This document shows positions 18,391 to 27,475 of a stretch of DNA of 64,000 nt, one piece after another. A program made the position numbers and the translations under genes. This stretch comes from Planctomycetota bacterium (GTDB lineage: Bacteria > Planctomycetota > SZUA-567): positions 5,433-69,432 of the forward strand of contig JAISYL010000177.1 of assembly GCA_031269935.1 (NCBI GenBank), in the 5' to 3' direction. Within the stretch, counting starts at the first letter, position 1. Each line of letters starts with the position of its first letter. The notes under the pieces are model-generated. The model was not told where the DNA came from. It ran no database searches and saw only the letters and a list, made by a program, of their open reading frames with translations.

Positions 18391-19026
18391 TCAACGGATG
18401 AAGTTGGTCATCACTTTCTTTTGAAATTCCGGGGGGGGAAGGGTGTTTCGGCAGTTGTCGATGATTTTGAGTAGCCAGGCAAGATTGGCGGCAAGCACCC
18501 GGAGGCATTGCATCCCTTCGCAATCGCCGGCAACTTCCCCCGGAGCCATCCCGTAAACCATGCTCCAATAATTGCTGCCGGGGATGAACATTTCGGAAAT
18601 TCCGAAAAACTTGTTCAGTTGATCCAGGGCGGTGGCGGCGCCGGCCCGGCGAACCGCGACTATGCCGGCTCCCACCTTGTGGCGGAAAAGGCCGCCATTG
18701 GCGCTGGCCACGAAAAAGGCTCGATCCAGAAACGCCTTGAGCGAGCCGTTGACGCCGGCATAATAAACCGGGGAGCCCAGAACCAGGCCGTCGGCGGAAA
18801 ACATGGTTTCCAGCCAGCCGTTCAGCGGATCGTCATTCTGGATGCAACGGCGGTTGGGGTTTTGCCGGCAGGAGCCGCAACCCAGGCAGCCATGCAGGGC
18901 CGCGGCCCCGATCTCAATCCGTTCCGTACTTATGCCGTTCCGGTTCAGCGTTTCGGAGACGACGTCGAGGGCGAGGGCGGTATTGCCGTTTTTCCTGGAA
19001 CTTCCGTTAACGGTCACCACTTTCAT
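18391..19026 (-). CDS. NADPH-dependent FMN reductase / iron-sulfur flavoprotein-like
   Basis: MKVVTVNGSSRKNGNT flavodoxin-fold start and a CLGCGSC cysteine cluster; 211 aa. Confidence 0.7.
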   Translation of the reverse strand: MKVVTVNGSSRKNGNTALALDVVSETLNRNGISTERIEIGAAALHGCLGCGSCRQNPNRRCIQNDDPLNGWLETMFSADGLVLGSPVYYAGVNGSLKAFLDRAFFVASANGGLFRHKVGAGIVAVRRAGAATALDQLNKFFGISEMFIPGSNYWSMVYGMAPGEVAGDCEGMQCLRVLAANLAWLLKIIDNCRNTLPPPEFQKKVMTNFIR

Positions 19027-19156
19027 TTCGTTCTCCCGCGAATGGAGTTCGGGGGGCCGCCAAAAAAAGGCAAATATCGGCCCACCCCCCCTTGATTATG
19101 GGAAAAACCGGCGCCAAGCGGCATTCAAGCGTTTGCTGGCTACCGGCGGGCTTTCG

Positions 19157-20236
19157 TCATTTATTGAAGCGGACCACCACGATGTCGCCGTCCTTCACCA
19201 CGTAATCCTTGCCCTCGATCCTCTTCTTGCCGCTCTTGGCCACCGCCGCCTCGGAACCGAGCCGCAAAAGATCATCGGCCGTCATCACTTCCATGCGGAT
19301 GAATCCCTTTTCCATGTCGGAATGGATTTTCCCCGCCGCCCGCGGCGCCAGGGAGCCGGCCTTGCAGGTCCAGACATGCACCTCCTTGGGTCCGGCGGTG
19401 ATGAAATTCACTAGGCCGATTGTTTTGTAGGCGGCTCGGATCAGGCGTTCCATCGACGATTCGTTCAATCCAAGTTCGGCCAGGAAAACCCTTCGGTCCC
19501 CGGGATCAAGCCGGGCGATCTCGGCTTCGTCCCTGCCGACCACCAATACCATTTCAGCCTGTTCGGACTTGGCCAATCTCTCCAGCGCCGCGACCCGGGG
19601 GTTGGCGGAGTCCGATACCGATTTCAGGTTTCCCACATAGAGAACCGGCTTGAGGGACACCAAATTGCAGTCGAATACGGCCGCTCGGTCCCGTTCGTCA
19701 AGGTAAAGCTTGCGGGCCGGCCGGCCCGAATTCAAGCCTTCGGCGATTTTTTCCAGCGAAGCGAGGTCGCGCCTAGCTTCGGCCTCGCCCGATTTGGCCT
19801 TCTTGGACAGGCGTTCAATCTTGTTTTGAACCGTCTGGACATCGGCGGCCACCATTTCCAGGTCGATGGTTTCAACATCCCGAACCGGATCGGGCGTTCC
19901 GGATTCGGGGGAAACGGCCGGATCGCCGAAGCAGCGCACCACCTGGATGACGGCGTCGACATCCTTGATATGAGCCAGCAACCGGGAACCCCGGCCGCCC
20001 CCCGCGGTGGAGCCGGCCTTGAGGCCGGGAATGTCGACCACCTCCATCTGGGCGGGGATTGTTTTCGCCGTATTGTAGAGGGCGGCCAGCGGGGCAATGC
20101 GGTTGTCGGGAACCGACACCGTGGCCCGATTGGCCTCGTCCCCTCCGAACCCTTCGGCTCCGGCGGCGGTAATGGCGTTAAAAATGGTCGTTTTGCCCAC
20201 TCCCGGCAGGCCGACTAGGCCGCAAACAAAACTCAT
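19157..20236 (-). CDS. ychF: Ribosome-binding ATPase YchF
   Basis: GLVGLPGVGKTTIFNAIT P-loop, a TGS-like C-terminus (KDYVVKDGDIVVVRFN) and AGGAGG before the ATG. Confidence 0.93.
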   Translation of the reverse strand: MSFVCGLVGLPGVGKTTIFNAITAAGAEGFGGDEANRATVSVPDNRIAPLAALYNTAKTIPAQMEVVDIPGLKAGSTAGGGRGSRLLAHIKDVDAVIQVVRCFGDPAVSPESGTPDPVRDVETIDLEMVAADVQTVQNKIERLSKKAKSGEAEARRDLASLEKIAEGLNSGRPARKLYLDERDRAAVFDCNLVSLKPVLYVGNLKSVSDSANPRVAALERLAKSEQAEMVLVVGRDEAEIARLDPGDRRVFLAELGLNESSMERLIRAAYKTIGLVNFITAGPKEVHVWTCKAGSLAPRAAGKIHSDMEKGFIRMEVMTADDLLRLGSEAAVAKSGKKRIEGKDYVVKDGDIVVVRFNK

Positions 20237-20274
20237 TTCCCCTCCTGGCCGCCCGCGAACCCGGCTGGGAGCCG

Positions 20275-20414
20275 GTTGACAAATTGCCGGATCGTCCGGA
20301 TAGGCAAGGAAAAAGACGCCGGCGGGATGATTTTTGTCCGGCGGTCAGGGATAAAAATCATCCGGGAAGCGGCTTTTGACGCGGTAACCCCGGGCGAAAC
20401 GGCAATTTGTCAAC
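20275..20414. repeat. ~140-nt foldback repeat, family 1, copy 1
   Basis: Perfect 15-bp terminal inverted repeat gttgacaaattgccg / cggcaatttgtcaac and a central ggatgattttt / aaaaatcatcc hairpin. Clearly homologous to 47258-47400 and 54663-54815. Confidence 0.9.
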
Positions 20415-20420
20415 AGTCTC

Positions 20421-21167
20421 CTAGCCAAAATACATGCCGCCGTTTATGTCAAGCATCAGCCCGGTGACGAAGCCGGATTCGGAAGCGGCGAGATAGGAGG
20501 CCGCGGCCGCGATATCGGCCGGGACTCCCAGACGGCCCAGCGGGATCCGTTGCCTGAGCCGCTCCCTCGCCTCCGGGGTATAATCCTTCAAGATATCGGT
20601 GTCGGTGGTACCGGGGCATATGGCATTGACGGTGATTTTGAATTTGGCCAACTGCCCGGCCAGGGCATAAGTCAGGGCTATCACCCCGCCCTTGGAGGCG
20701 GCATAGGACACGCTCGATTCGAATCCGCCCATGCGCCCGGAATTCGACGACATGTTTATGATTCTGGGGGCGGCGCTTTTTTTAAGATGGGGAATGGCCT
20801 GCTGGCTAACCAGGAAAACGCTTCGCAGATTCACCGCCAGCACCAAGTCCCATTCTTCCGGGGCAATCTCCTCCAAGCGGGTTGAGCGCAGTATCCCGGC
20901 GTTGTTGACCACGATATCCAATTGGCCGAAACGATCCACCGTCCTGCCTATCATGTCCTTGACTTCGGGAAGCCTGGAAACGTCGGCGCCGACGCCGTAC
21001 GCCTCGAATCCCCCCTTCACCAGTTTTTCCGCCGAAATTCCCGCCAGTTCGGCGTTGACGTCGGCCAGCGTCACTCGGGCCCCGTCCCTGGCCAGCCGTT
21101 CGGCTATGGCGAAACCGATCCCCTTGGCGGCGCCGGTCACCAGCGCCACCCGATTGTCAAGCCCCAT
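20421..21167 (-). CDS. Short-chain dehydrogenase/reductase (FabG-like)
   Basis: TGAAKGIG cofactor motif, NNAG and the YAASKGG catalytic region; 248 aa. Confidence 0.85.
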   Translation of the reverse strand: MGLDNRVALVTGAAKGIGFAIAERLARDGARVTLADVNAELAGISAEKLVKGGFEAYGVGADVSRLPEVKDMIGRTVDRFGQLDIVVNNAGILRSTRLEEIAPEEWDLVLAVNLRSVFLVSQQAIPHLKKSAAPRIINMSSNSGRMGGFESSVSYAASKGGVIALTYALAGQLAKFKITVNAICPGTTDTDILKDYTPEARERLRQRIPLGRLGVPADIAAAASYLAASESGFVTGLMLDINGGMYFG

Positions 21168-21197
21168 GTCTTTCTCCTGATAGGAAAAGATCCGGTC

Positions 21198-22250
21198 TCA
21201 TGTCCAACGCGAAGACAACTTGTCGGAAGCGTAAACCTCCAGCGGAGCCCAGCCGGTTTCCGCGAATTGGGACAAAAGCTTCTGCACCACTCCGAAAGCG
21301 ATATATTCGTCGGGGGCAAGCCCATCCGGCTCGTAGGCTTTGCGGAATTCCCTCAATTTCAGCAACCGGTCCAGCACATCCTCGCCGATGGGCGCATCCA
21401 CCCGTTCCTCTTCCTTCAGGTCCGTCTCCAGAATCATTTTCTGCACCCGCGGATGAATTGAAAAGGTGAAGGCTCCGCCGGCCAACTCGGTAACATGGTA
21501 GGTACCCCTAAGGCCGGCCGGCATGATGACGGCCCGATAGTTCCTTTCCCGGAAGATCCGGTAGGTACGCTTGGCCATGGCTAGGCCGGAAAGCCTGACG
21601 TCCTCTTCGCGCACGTCCGATTTGGCGTCCCTGGCGATGTCACGGATATAATCGTCCACCCGGCCGACCTGTTGAACCACTAGGCAAAGGGGAGGGGTCC
21701 GCCCGGCCGCTTCCGCCTTTTTGGCCCCCTTTTCGTAGGCTTCGGCCACCGACACGGCCTGGGCAACCGAGACGTTAATGGTGGCGCAAATCGGAATCCC
21801 CTCTTCCGCCAGGCATTCGACCACTTCGATTCCGGAACGGGTGGCCGGCAATTTTATGGCCAGGTTCGGAGCCCAGCCGTGATATCGCCGGGCCTGGGTC
21901 AACATGCCCTCGGCGTCGCCGGCCCGGGCCGGATTCAACTGGCCCAGGGCGAGGCCGTGGCGGCCTCCGCTCGCTTCAAATACGTCCCGGAACCGATCGG
22001 CGGCGAAGACCGCGACCAACCTCAAAAGCGCTTCCGCCCGCTCCTCGAATTCCAGGCCGGCCGGGATGGCCGCCACCTTGTCCTTCCAGAAGTCGGGAAC
22101 GGCCAGGAAACTTTTATAGGTGAGAACCGGATTGGTGGTGACTCCGAGGGCTCCTAGCTCGCGGGCGGCCAGGATTTCCGCCGGTATAGCCGAATCGTGC
22201 CACCAACGGGTTGGGGTTTCCTTCGCCAACCAGTCGAAATATCTTTTCAT
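21198..22250 (-). CDS. Transaldolase-family protein
   Basis: Start moved to MKRYFDWL (AAGGAG upstream) inside ORF 21198..22367. GVTTNPVL motif and TIM-barrel-length product. Confidence 0.75.
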   Translation of the reverse strand: MKRYFDWLAKETPTRWWHDSAIPAEILAARELGALGVTTNPVLTYKSFLAVPDFWKDKVAAIPAGLEFEERAEALLRLVAVFAADRFRDVFEASGGRHGLALGQLNPARAGDAEGMLTQARRYHGWAPNLAIKLPATRSGIEVVECLAEEGIPICATINVSVAQAVSVAEAYEKGAKKAEAAGRTPPLCLVVQQVGRVDDYIRDIARDAKSDVREEDVRLSGLAMAKRTYRIFRERNYRAVIMPAGLRGTYHVTELAGGAFTFSIHPRVQKMILETDLKEEERVDAPIGEDVLDRLLKLREFRKAYEPDGLAPDEYIAFGVVQKLLSQFAETGWAPLEVYASDKLSSRWT

Positions 22251-22339
22251 ACGGGGACTCCTTGTTTTTTGGGTAACATTCCTGAATATGCGCCGGAAGT
22301 CCTTGCCTTCGCGAAGGCAAGGCGGCTTCTCCGCGGCCA

Positions 22340-23392
22340 TCAAGGTATGAATTGGGCTTTCATGCAAACATGGCGATCCCCGGCGGTGGCGAAGGCCTGA
22401 TCCGCCTCCTCGAATTTGAATTGCCGACTCAGAAGGGGTTGCGGATCGATGCGCCCGGTCTGGATCAGGTTGACGGCGATTGCATATTCCTGGTTGAACT
22501 GGCTGGAGCCAAGAACATTTATTTCCTTGGACTGAAAATAGATCCAGGGAACGGAAAGACCTCCCGAGGGCGTTGTCCCGAGTTGCGCCATGGTTCCTCC
22601 CTTGCGAAGCGCCTCAAGACAGTCGAGCAGGGCGGGTACGGCGCCGGAAGCCTCTATGGCCGCATCCACCGGGCCAATCTCCGCCAGGGCCTCCGCCAAT
22701 TTCTTTTCCTTGGTGTTCAGGACGGCGTCGGCTCCCATGGTCTTGGCTATCGCCAAAGGCTCGTCCACCACGTCGGTGACGATCAAAAAACCGGCGCCGA
22801 CCGCCCGGACCGCCGACGCCGCCAAGACGCCGATGGGACCGGAACCGGTGACCAGCACTTTTTTCCCGGCCAGGTTGCCCAGTTTCAAAACGGCGTGAAG
22901 GGTACAGGCCAAGGGTTCGGCGAAGGCCAGCCGGTAAAGATCGGTACTCTCCGGGACCTTCAGGCACAAACGGGCTTGGGTTTCAAAATATTCCCGGAAG
23001 AATCCGTCGACATGGGGATAAATCATGGCTGAACAGGGAAAACGTTTCTTGACGCAAAGATTGGCTTCTCCCCGCTGGCAGGCCGGGCAAAAGCCGCAGT
23101 TCATCACCGGGTTCACCGCCACCTTGTCTCCCGGCCGCAAGCCTTCCACCCCGGGCCCGACTTCCGCGATGGTTCCGGAAGCCTCGTGGCCCATGACCAC
23201 GGGATTTTTCAGGGGATAGCCGACATTGGCGAACTCCTTGTAATAATGCAGGTCGCTCCCGCAAATGCCGCCGGCCGCCAGGGCCACTCGAACCCAACCA
23301 GGTTCCAGGGACGGCGCCTCGCGGGTTTCCACCGAAACCTTTTTTTTGTCCGACAGCACCACCGCCCGGTATTCTTTTCCAGTCAGCGTCAT
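22340..23392 (-). CDS. Zinc-dependent polyol/sugar alcohol dehydrogenase (MDR family)
   Basis: GICGSDLHYY, VMGHEASG, the structural-zinc cysteines CGFCPACQ and a GSGPIG Rossmann motif. Confidence 0.85.
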   Translation of the reverse strand: MTLTGKEYRAVVLSDKKKVSVETREAPSLEPGWVRVALAAGGICGSDLHYYKEFANVGYPLKNPVVMGHEASGTIAEVGPGVEGLRPGDKVAVNPVMNCGFCPACQRGEANLCVKKRFPCSAMIYPHVDGFFREYFETQARLCLKVPESTDLYRLAFAEPLACTLHAVLKLGNLAGKKVLVTGSGPIGVLAASAVRAVGAGFLIVTDVVDEPLAIAKTMGADAVLNTKEKKLAEALAEIGPVDAAIEASGAVPALLDCLEALRKGGTMAQLGTTPSGGLSVPWIYFQSKEINVLGSSQFNQEYAIAVNLIQTGRIDPQPLLSRQFKFEEADQAFATAGDRHVCMKAQFIP

Positions 23393-24552
23393 ATGGCTCC
23401 TCCCGAATTAATTAGATAATACCCCAAGGCGGCGACCGCCGCTCCGGCCGCCAGAACGGCGAAGGCGATTTTCCAGACGCTCCAAGGACGATCGCCAATC
23501 GCCTCCCCGGTCTGGGCGTTAATCATGAACCGATAGATTGAACCTCCGTAGGCGTAGGCCGAAAGCCAGACCGGCAACAAAATATGCTTGTAAGTAACGT
23601 TGGAATAGCTGGTGTCCGAGGATTCTATTCGCTGTTCGTCCCCGCCGATATCCCTTCGGACGGCTTCTCCGATTTCCGGCCCGACCCGGAGTTGGGCCGC
23701 CTTAAAACCGTCCTTGATCCCAACCTGATAGCTTTCGGTGACAAAACCGGCCAGGAACTCCTCCTTGAAAGGAAGCAGTTTGTCGAGATTCCAGGGTTCC
23801 AGCTTGTTTTGCAAGTGTTCGGGAAGCGATTTAGAAGCCGGAATAAGGATGTCGTCGAAAAAAATCTCGACCTCCCCGGAAACTCGGGTCCAGCGTATTT
23901 TGCGAATCTGGCGGGGTTCCAGGCCGCGTTTGCCGTTATGCTCGACCATCACCATCCGCGTTTCATAGTATGCGTCTCCCCGCTGGCCGGAATAGCGGGT
24001 GTTGGTCCGGGCGTCATAGGTCCAATACGGCATATAGAGGCCGTTCATGGTTTCGGAACGGGTGGCCCGAAGCCGGAAGTCATTGGGGGCGAACCAGCGG
24101 GTGGCTATCCATTCGCGGTAGGCCGTCAACGCCTTTTCGGAATCGACGGCGAAGGGCAAAACCGCCTGTACGTTCAGGCGAAATGAATTCCGGTTCTGCG
24201 TGGACAGGGGATTGCCGCAATAGGGGCAGCAATCGGAACTTCGTTGGTTCCCGAGGCTGACGACCGCGCCGCAACCGCGGCAGGAAACGGAATCGGCGGA
24301 CGGGGCGGTTTCTCCGCTTTTTTTTTCCTCCTCCTCCATGGCGGCAAGGAAATCGTTTTCCTTCAGGTAGGAGGATTCCCGCAAATTGAGCGCAATCGTA
24401 TTTTCGGTTCCGCAATATGGGCATTTAAGGCTGGTGGCGCCGGGATGGAACAGCAGGGAGCCGCCGCAATTGGAGCAGGGAAATTGCCGAACCCGGGAAT
24501 CGCCGTTGTCCCGTTCCTCCTTCCCGGTGGATTTGTCTTCGATTCCAGGCAT
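23389..24552 (-). CDS. Double zinc-ribbon protein with C-terminal TM anchor, function unknown
   Basis: CSNCGG...CPYCG and CRGCGA...CPYCG ribbons. A hydrophobic tail WKIAFAVLAAGAAVAALGYYL. The stop overlaps the downstream ADH start by 4 nt. Confidence 0.7.
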   Translation of the reverse strand: MPGIEDKSTGKEERDNGDSRVRQFPCSNCGGSLLFHPGATSLKCPYCGTENTIALNLRESSYLKENDFLAAMEEEEKKSGETAPSADSVSCRGCGAVVSLGNQRSSDCCPYCGNPLSTQNRNSFRLNVQAVLPFAVDSEKALTAYREWIATRWFAPNDFRLRATRSETMNGLYMPYWTYDARTNTRYSGQRGDAYYETRMVMVEHNGKRGLEPRQIRKIRWTRVSGEVEIFFDDILIPASKSLPEHLQNKLEPWNLDKLLPFKEEFLAGFVTESYQVGIKDGFKAAQLRVGPEIGEAVRRDIGGDEQRIESSDTSYSNVTYKHILLPVWLSAYAYGGSIYRFMINAQTGEAIGDRPWSVWKIAFAVLAAGAAVAALGYYLINSGGAI

Positions 24553-24565
24553 GCCGGGTATTTCC

Positions 24566-25693
24566 TCAAGCCGGCGGCAGCGGGGGAGGGACGTTGGCGA
24601 AAAGTTCCGTCAGTTCGCCAATTTCACCCGCTTTTTGCCAATCCCGCATCCCTTGCCGCCACATCAGGGTGTCGCGGGTAATCCCCCCGGCCGCCGACTT
24701 GGCGGCAAGGGCGGCGGCGTCCAGGGGGCCTTCCTGTTTGCCGTTTATTCCGGCAAACCAGGGGGAAGTCCCCGGCAGGGGCGGGGGAACCCCGGCCGGG
24801 GGGGTCGGAGCCTGGGCCGGGGTGAAAGCGGATTGAAGATTGCCGCCCATTACCCCTCCGAGATTGACCCCGGCCAGCATCCCCATCATATTGCCGGCGG
24901 CGCCGGGATTTTTGGCGGCATCCCCCAGGGCGGTGGCGGCCTGGAACTGGGTGTATTTGTTCAGGTCGCCGAGGATCCCCATTTGGGTTCTCTTGTCGAG
25001 CGCTTGTTCCACCTCGGGAGGGAGGCTGATGTTTTCGACCAGGAACTTGTTGAGGGCGACTCCGTATTCGTCGAAATCCTTTTGGAGAAGATTTCGAAGA
25101 TAATCGCCCATCTCGTTGTAGTTGGCGGCCAGATCCAAGGCGGGAATCTTGGCTTCGCCCAGGGCGTCGGCGAAGCGGCTGACCAGGATGTTTCGCAGTT
25201 GGCCGGAGATGTCTTCGGAAACCAGAACGGGATTGGTGCCCGAAAGGGTGAAAACGAACTTGCCGGGATCGGCCACGGAAAAGGCGTAAGAGCCGAAAGC
25301 GCGCAGGCGGACCGGGCCGAATTCGGCGTCCCGGAGCATGATGGGATTCGCGGTTCCCCATTTCTGATCGGTGAACTGCCTGGTGTTGACAAAATAAACG
25401 TCGGCCTTGAAAGGGGAATTGAAGGCGTAACGCCAACTTTTCAAGGTGGTGAGGATGGGAATGTTATTGGTGGAAAGTTCGACGCGCCCGGGTTTGTAGA
25501 CGTCCCCCAATTCGCCCTCGTGCAGAAAAACGGCGGCTTGGCTTTCCCGGACGATAAGCTGGGCCCCGTTCTTGATTTCGTTGTCCCCCCGGGGAAATTT
25601 CCAGACCAGGGTATTCCTGGCGTCGTCCACCCATTCGATGACATCAATAAATTGACCAAAAGCCTTTTCCTTGATGGCGCCAAATATTCCCAT
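24566..25693 (-). CDS. SPFH/band-7 protein (YdjI/COG4260-like) with C-terminal GYF_2-like domain
   Basis: Start moved to MGIFGAIKEK. FIDVIEWVDD..TLVWKFPRGDNEIKNGAQLIVRESQ...FNSPFKADVYFVNTRQFTDQKWGT matches the COG4260 family. A proline-rich linker is followed by TLMWRQGMRDWQKAGEIGELTELF. Confidence 0.8.
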   Translation of the reverse strand: MGIFGAIKEKAFGQFIDVIEWVDDARNTLVWKFPRGDNEIKNGAQLIVRESQAAVFLHEGELGDVYKPGRVELSTNNIPILTTLKSWRYAFNSPFKADVYFVNTRQFTDQKWGTANPIMLRDAEFGPVRLRAFGSYAFSVADPGKFVFTLSGTNPVLVSEDISGQLRNILVSRFADALGEAKIPALDLAANYNEMGDYLRNLLQKDFDEYGVALNKFLVENISLPPEVEQALDKRTQMGILGDLNKYTQFQAATALGDAAKNPGAAGNMMGMLAGVNLGGVMGGNLQSAFTPAQAPTPPAGVPPPLPGTSPWFAGINGKQEGPLDAAALAAKSAAGGITRDTLMWRQGMRDWQKAGEIGELTELFANVPPPLPPA

Positions 25694-25923
25694 CTTCGAT
25701 TCCTTTCCGATTCTCCGGCGATCGACATTTTTCCGGGCAAAGACAAAATTTTCATCAGTATACCATGAAGGCCATGACAGCGCAAGATGAATAAACCCCA
25801 ATGGCCGCGGGCGGTTTGTCCGGGGAAAAGGCAGTTTCCCCCCTGCCTTTCTACGTCCGATAATAAGTCTTATGTTGCGTTCATTTTGTGGTATATAGTG
25901 TATCAATATAAAATTTTTCCTAG

Positions 25924-25953
25924 TTGCCTTGATTGGCTGTTTTCCGCTATAAT
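25924..25953 (+). promoter_or_regulatory. Sigma70-like promoter upstream of alsT
   Basis: TTGCCT (25924-25929), 18-nt spacer, TATAAT (25948-25953), in an AT-rich gap. Confidence 0.4.
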
Positions 25954-26006
25954 TAAATGCAAGCTCAGTCGGGGTTATTCCCGGCGTCACCCAAGGGGAG
26001 AAAATT

Positions 26007-27392
26007 ATGGATATGAAGGTGGTGATGGATTGGCTGGATCAGATAGATAGCGTCATTTGGGGCGCTCCCATGCTGATCCTGCTCATGGGAACGGGGTTGC
26101 TGTTGACCCTGAGATTGGATTTGCTGCAGATAACCAGATTGCCGATGGCCTTGAAGCTGATTTTCACCGCCCCCAATGAAGGCGAAGGAGACGTGACCAG
26201 CTTCAAATCGTTGTGCACCGCCTTGGCGGCCACGGTGGGAACCGGCAATATCGTGGGGGTGGCCACCGCCATAGCCGCCGGCGGACCGGGCGCCATGTTC
26301 TGGATGTGGCTGGCCGCCTTTCTGGGGATCGCCACCAAGTACGCCGAAGGGCTGCTTTCAATCAAATACCGGATAACCGACGACAAAGGCGAAATTTCCG
26401 GCGGGCCCATGCGCTACATTGAATTGGGAATGGGAACCAAATTCACTCCCTTGGCCAAACTTTTCGCCTTTTTCGGGGCTTCGGCCGGCATCCTCGGCAT
26501 CGGGACCACCACCCAGGCCAATTCGGTGATTGACGCCTGCAATTCCTCCTTCGGGATCAGCCGGGAACTCTGCGCCGCCATTCTTACCCTGCTGGTCGCG
26601 GTTACCATTTTGGGAGGCTTGAAGTCGATAGCGGTGGTTTCCTCCAAGGTGGTGCCGCTGATGGCGGTGTTGTACTTCATTTTCGGAAGCGGCATCATTC
26701 TGTATCACATAGACAGGGTTCCGGCCATCTTCGATTTGATCCTGGCCAGCGCCTTCACCGGCCAGGCCGCCATCGGAGGTTTTGGCGGCGCCGCTTTCGC
26801 CAACGCCATTCGCAACGGAGTGGCCCGCGGCATTTTCTCGAATGAGGCCGGCCTCGGCTCCGCCCCCATCGCCTCCGCCGCCGCCACCACCAAATGGCCG
26901 GCCGAGCAAGGGCTTATATCAATGACCGGCACCTTTCTCGACACCATCGTAATTTGTTCCATCACCGGCTTGTCGCTACTCCTGACCGGAGCCTGGACCG
27001 GGACCCTTAGGGGGGCGCAAATGACCCAGGCGGCCTGGGCCGACGTCTACCCGCTTTCCGGCTCCTATATCATGACCATCTGCCTGGTGCTTTTCGCCTC
27101 CACCACCATCCTGGGCTGGGCTTACTACGGCGAGCGCTGCATGTCGTACCTGTTCGGGGTAAAATCCACCCTTCCCTACCGCATAGGCTGGGTGATTGTG
27201 GTGGGAATCGGCCCGTTCCTTCCCCTGGACGTGGTTTGGCTGGTGGCGGACATCACCAACGGACTCATGGCGTTTCCCAACCTTATCGCCCTGATTGCCC
27301 TTTCGGGGGTGGTGGTGTCGGAAACCCATGCCTATTTCAAGCATGTGAATGATCTGAAAATTTCCGGGGGAAACTCTGGAACCAGGGGATGA
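26007..27392 (+). CDS. alsT: Sodium:alanine (AGCS family) symporter
   Basis: 461 aa, polytopic. The N-terminal IDSVIWGAPMLILLMGTGLLLT and TALAATVGTGNIVGVATAI blocks are typical of AGCS transporters. Confidence 0.85.
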   Translation: MDMKVVMDWLDQIDSVIWGAPMLILLMGTGLLLTLRLDLLQITRLPMALKLIFTAPNEGEGDVTSFKSLCTALAATVGTGNIVGVATAIAAGGPGAMFWMWLAAFLGIATKYAEGLLSIKYRITDDKGEISGGPMRYIELGMGTKFTPLAKLFAFFGASAGILGIGTTTQANSVIDACNSSFGISRELCAAILTLLVAVTILGGLKSIAVVSSKVVPLMAVLYFIFGSGIILYHIDRVPAIFDLILASAFTGQAAIGGFGGAAFANAIRNGVARGIFSNEAGLGSAPIASAAATTKWPAEQGLISMTGTFLDTIVICSITGLSLLLTGAWTGTLRGAQMTQAAWADVYPLSGSYIMTICLVLFASTTILGWAYYGERCMSYLFGVKSTLPYRIGWVIVVGIGPFLPLDVVWLVADITNGLMAFPNLIALIALSGVVVSETHAYFKHVNDLKISGGNSGTRG

Positions 27393-27475
27393 CGGTAGTA
27401 TTGGGGGAATTAAAGTAAAAGAAAATCCGCGTCTTCGGCAATTAGGGCAGGTTGTGTATTGCCGGAGATTCGCCC

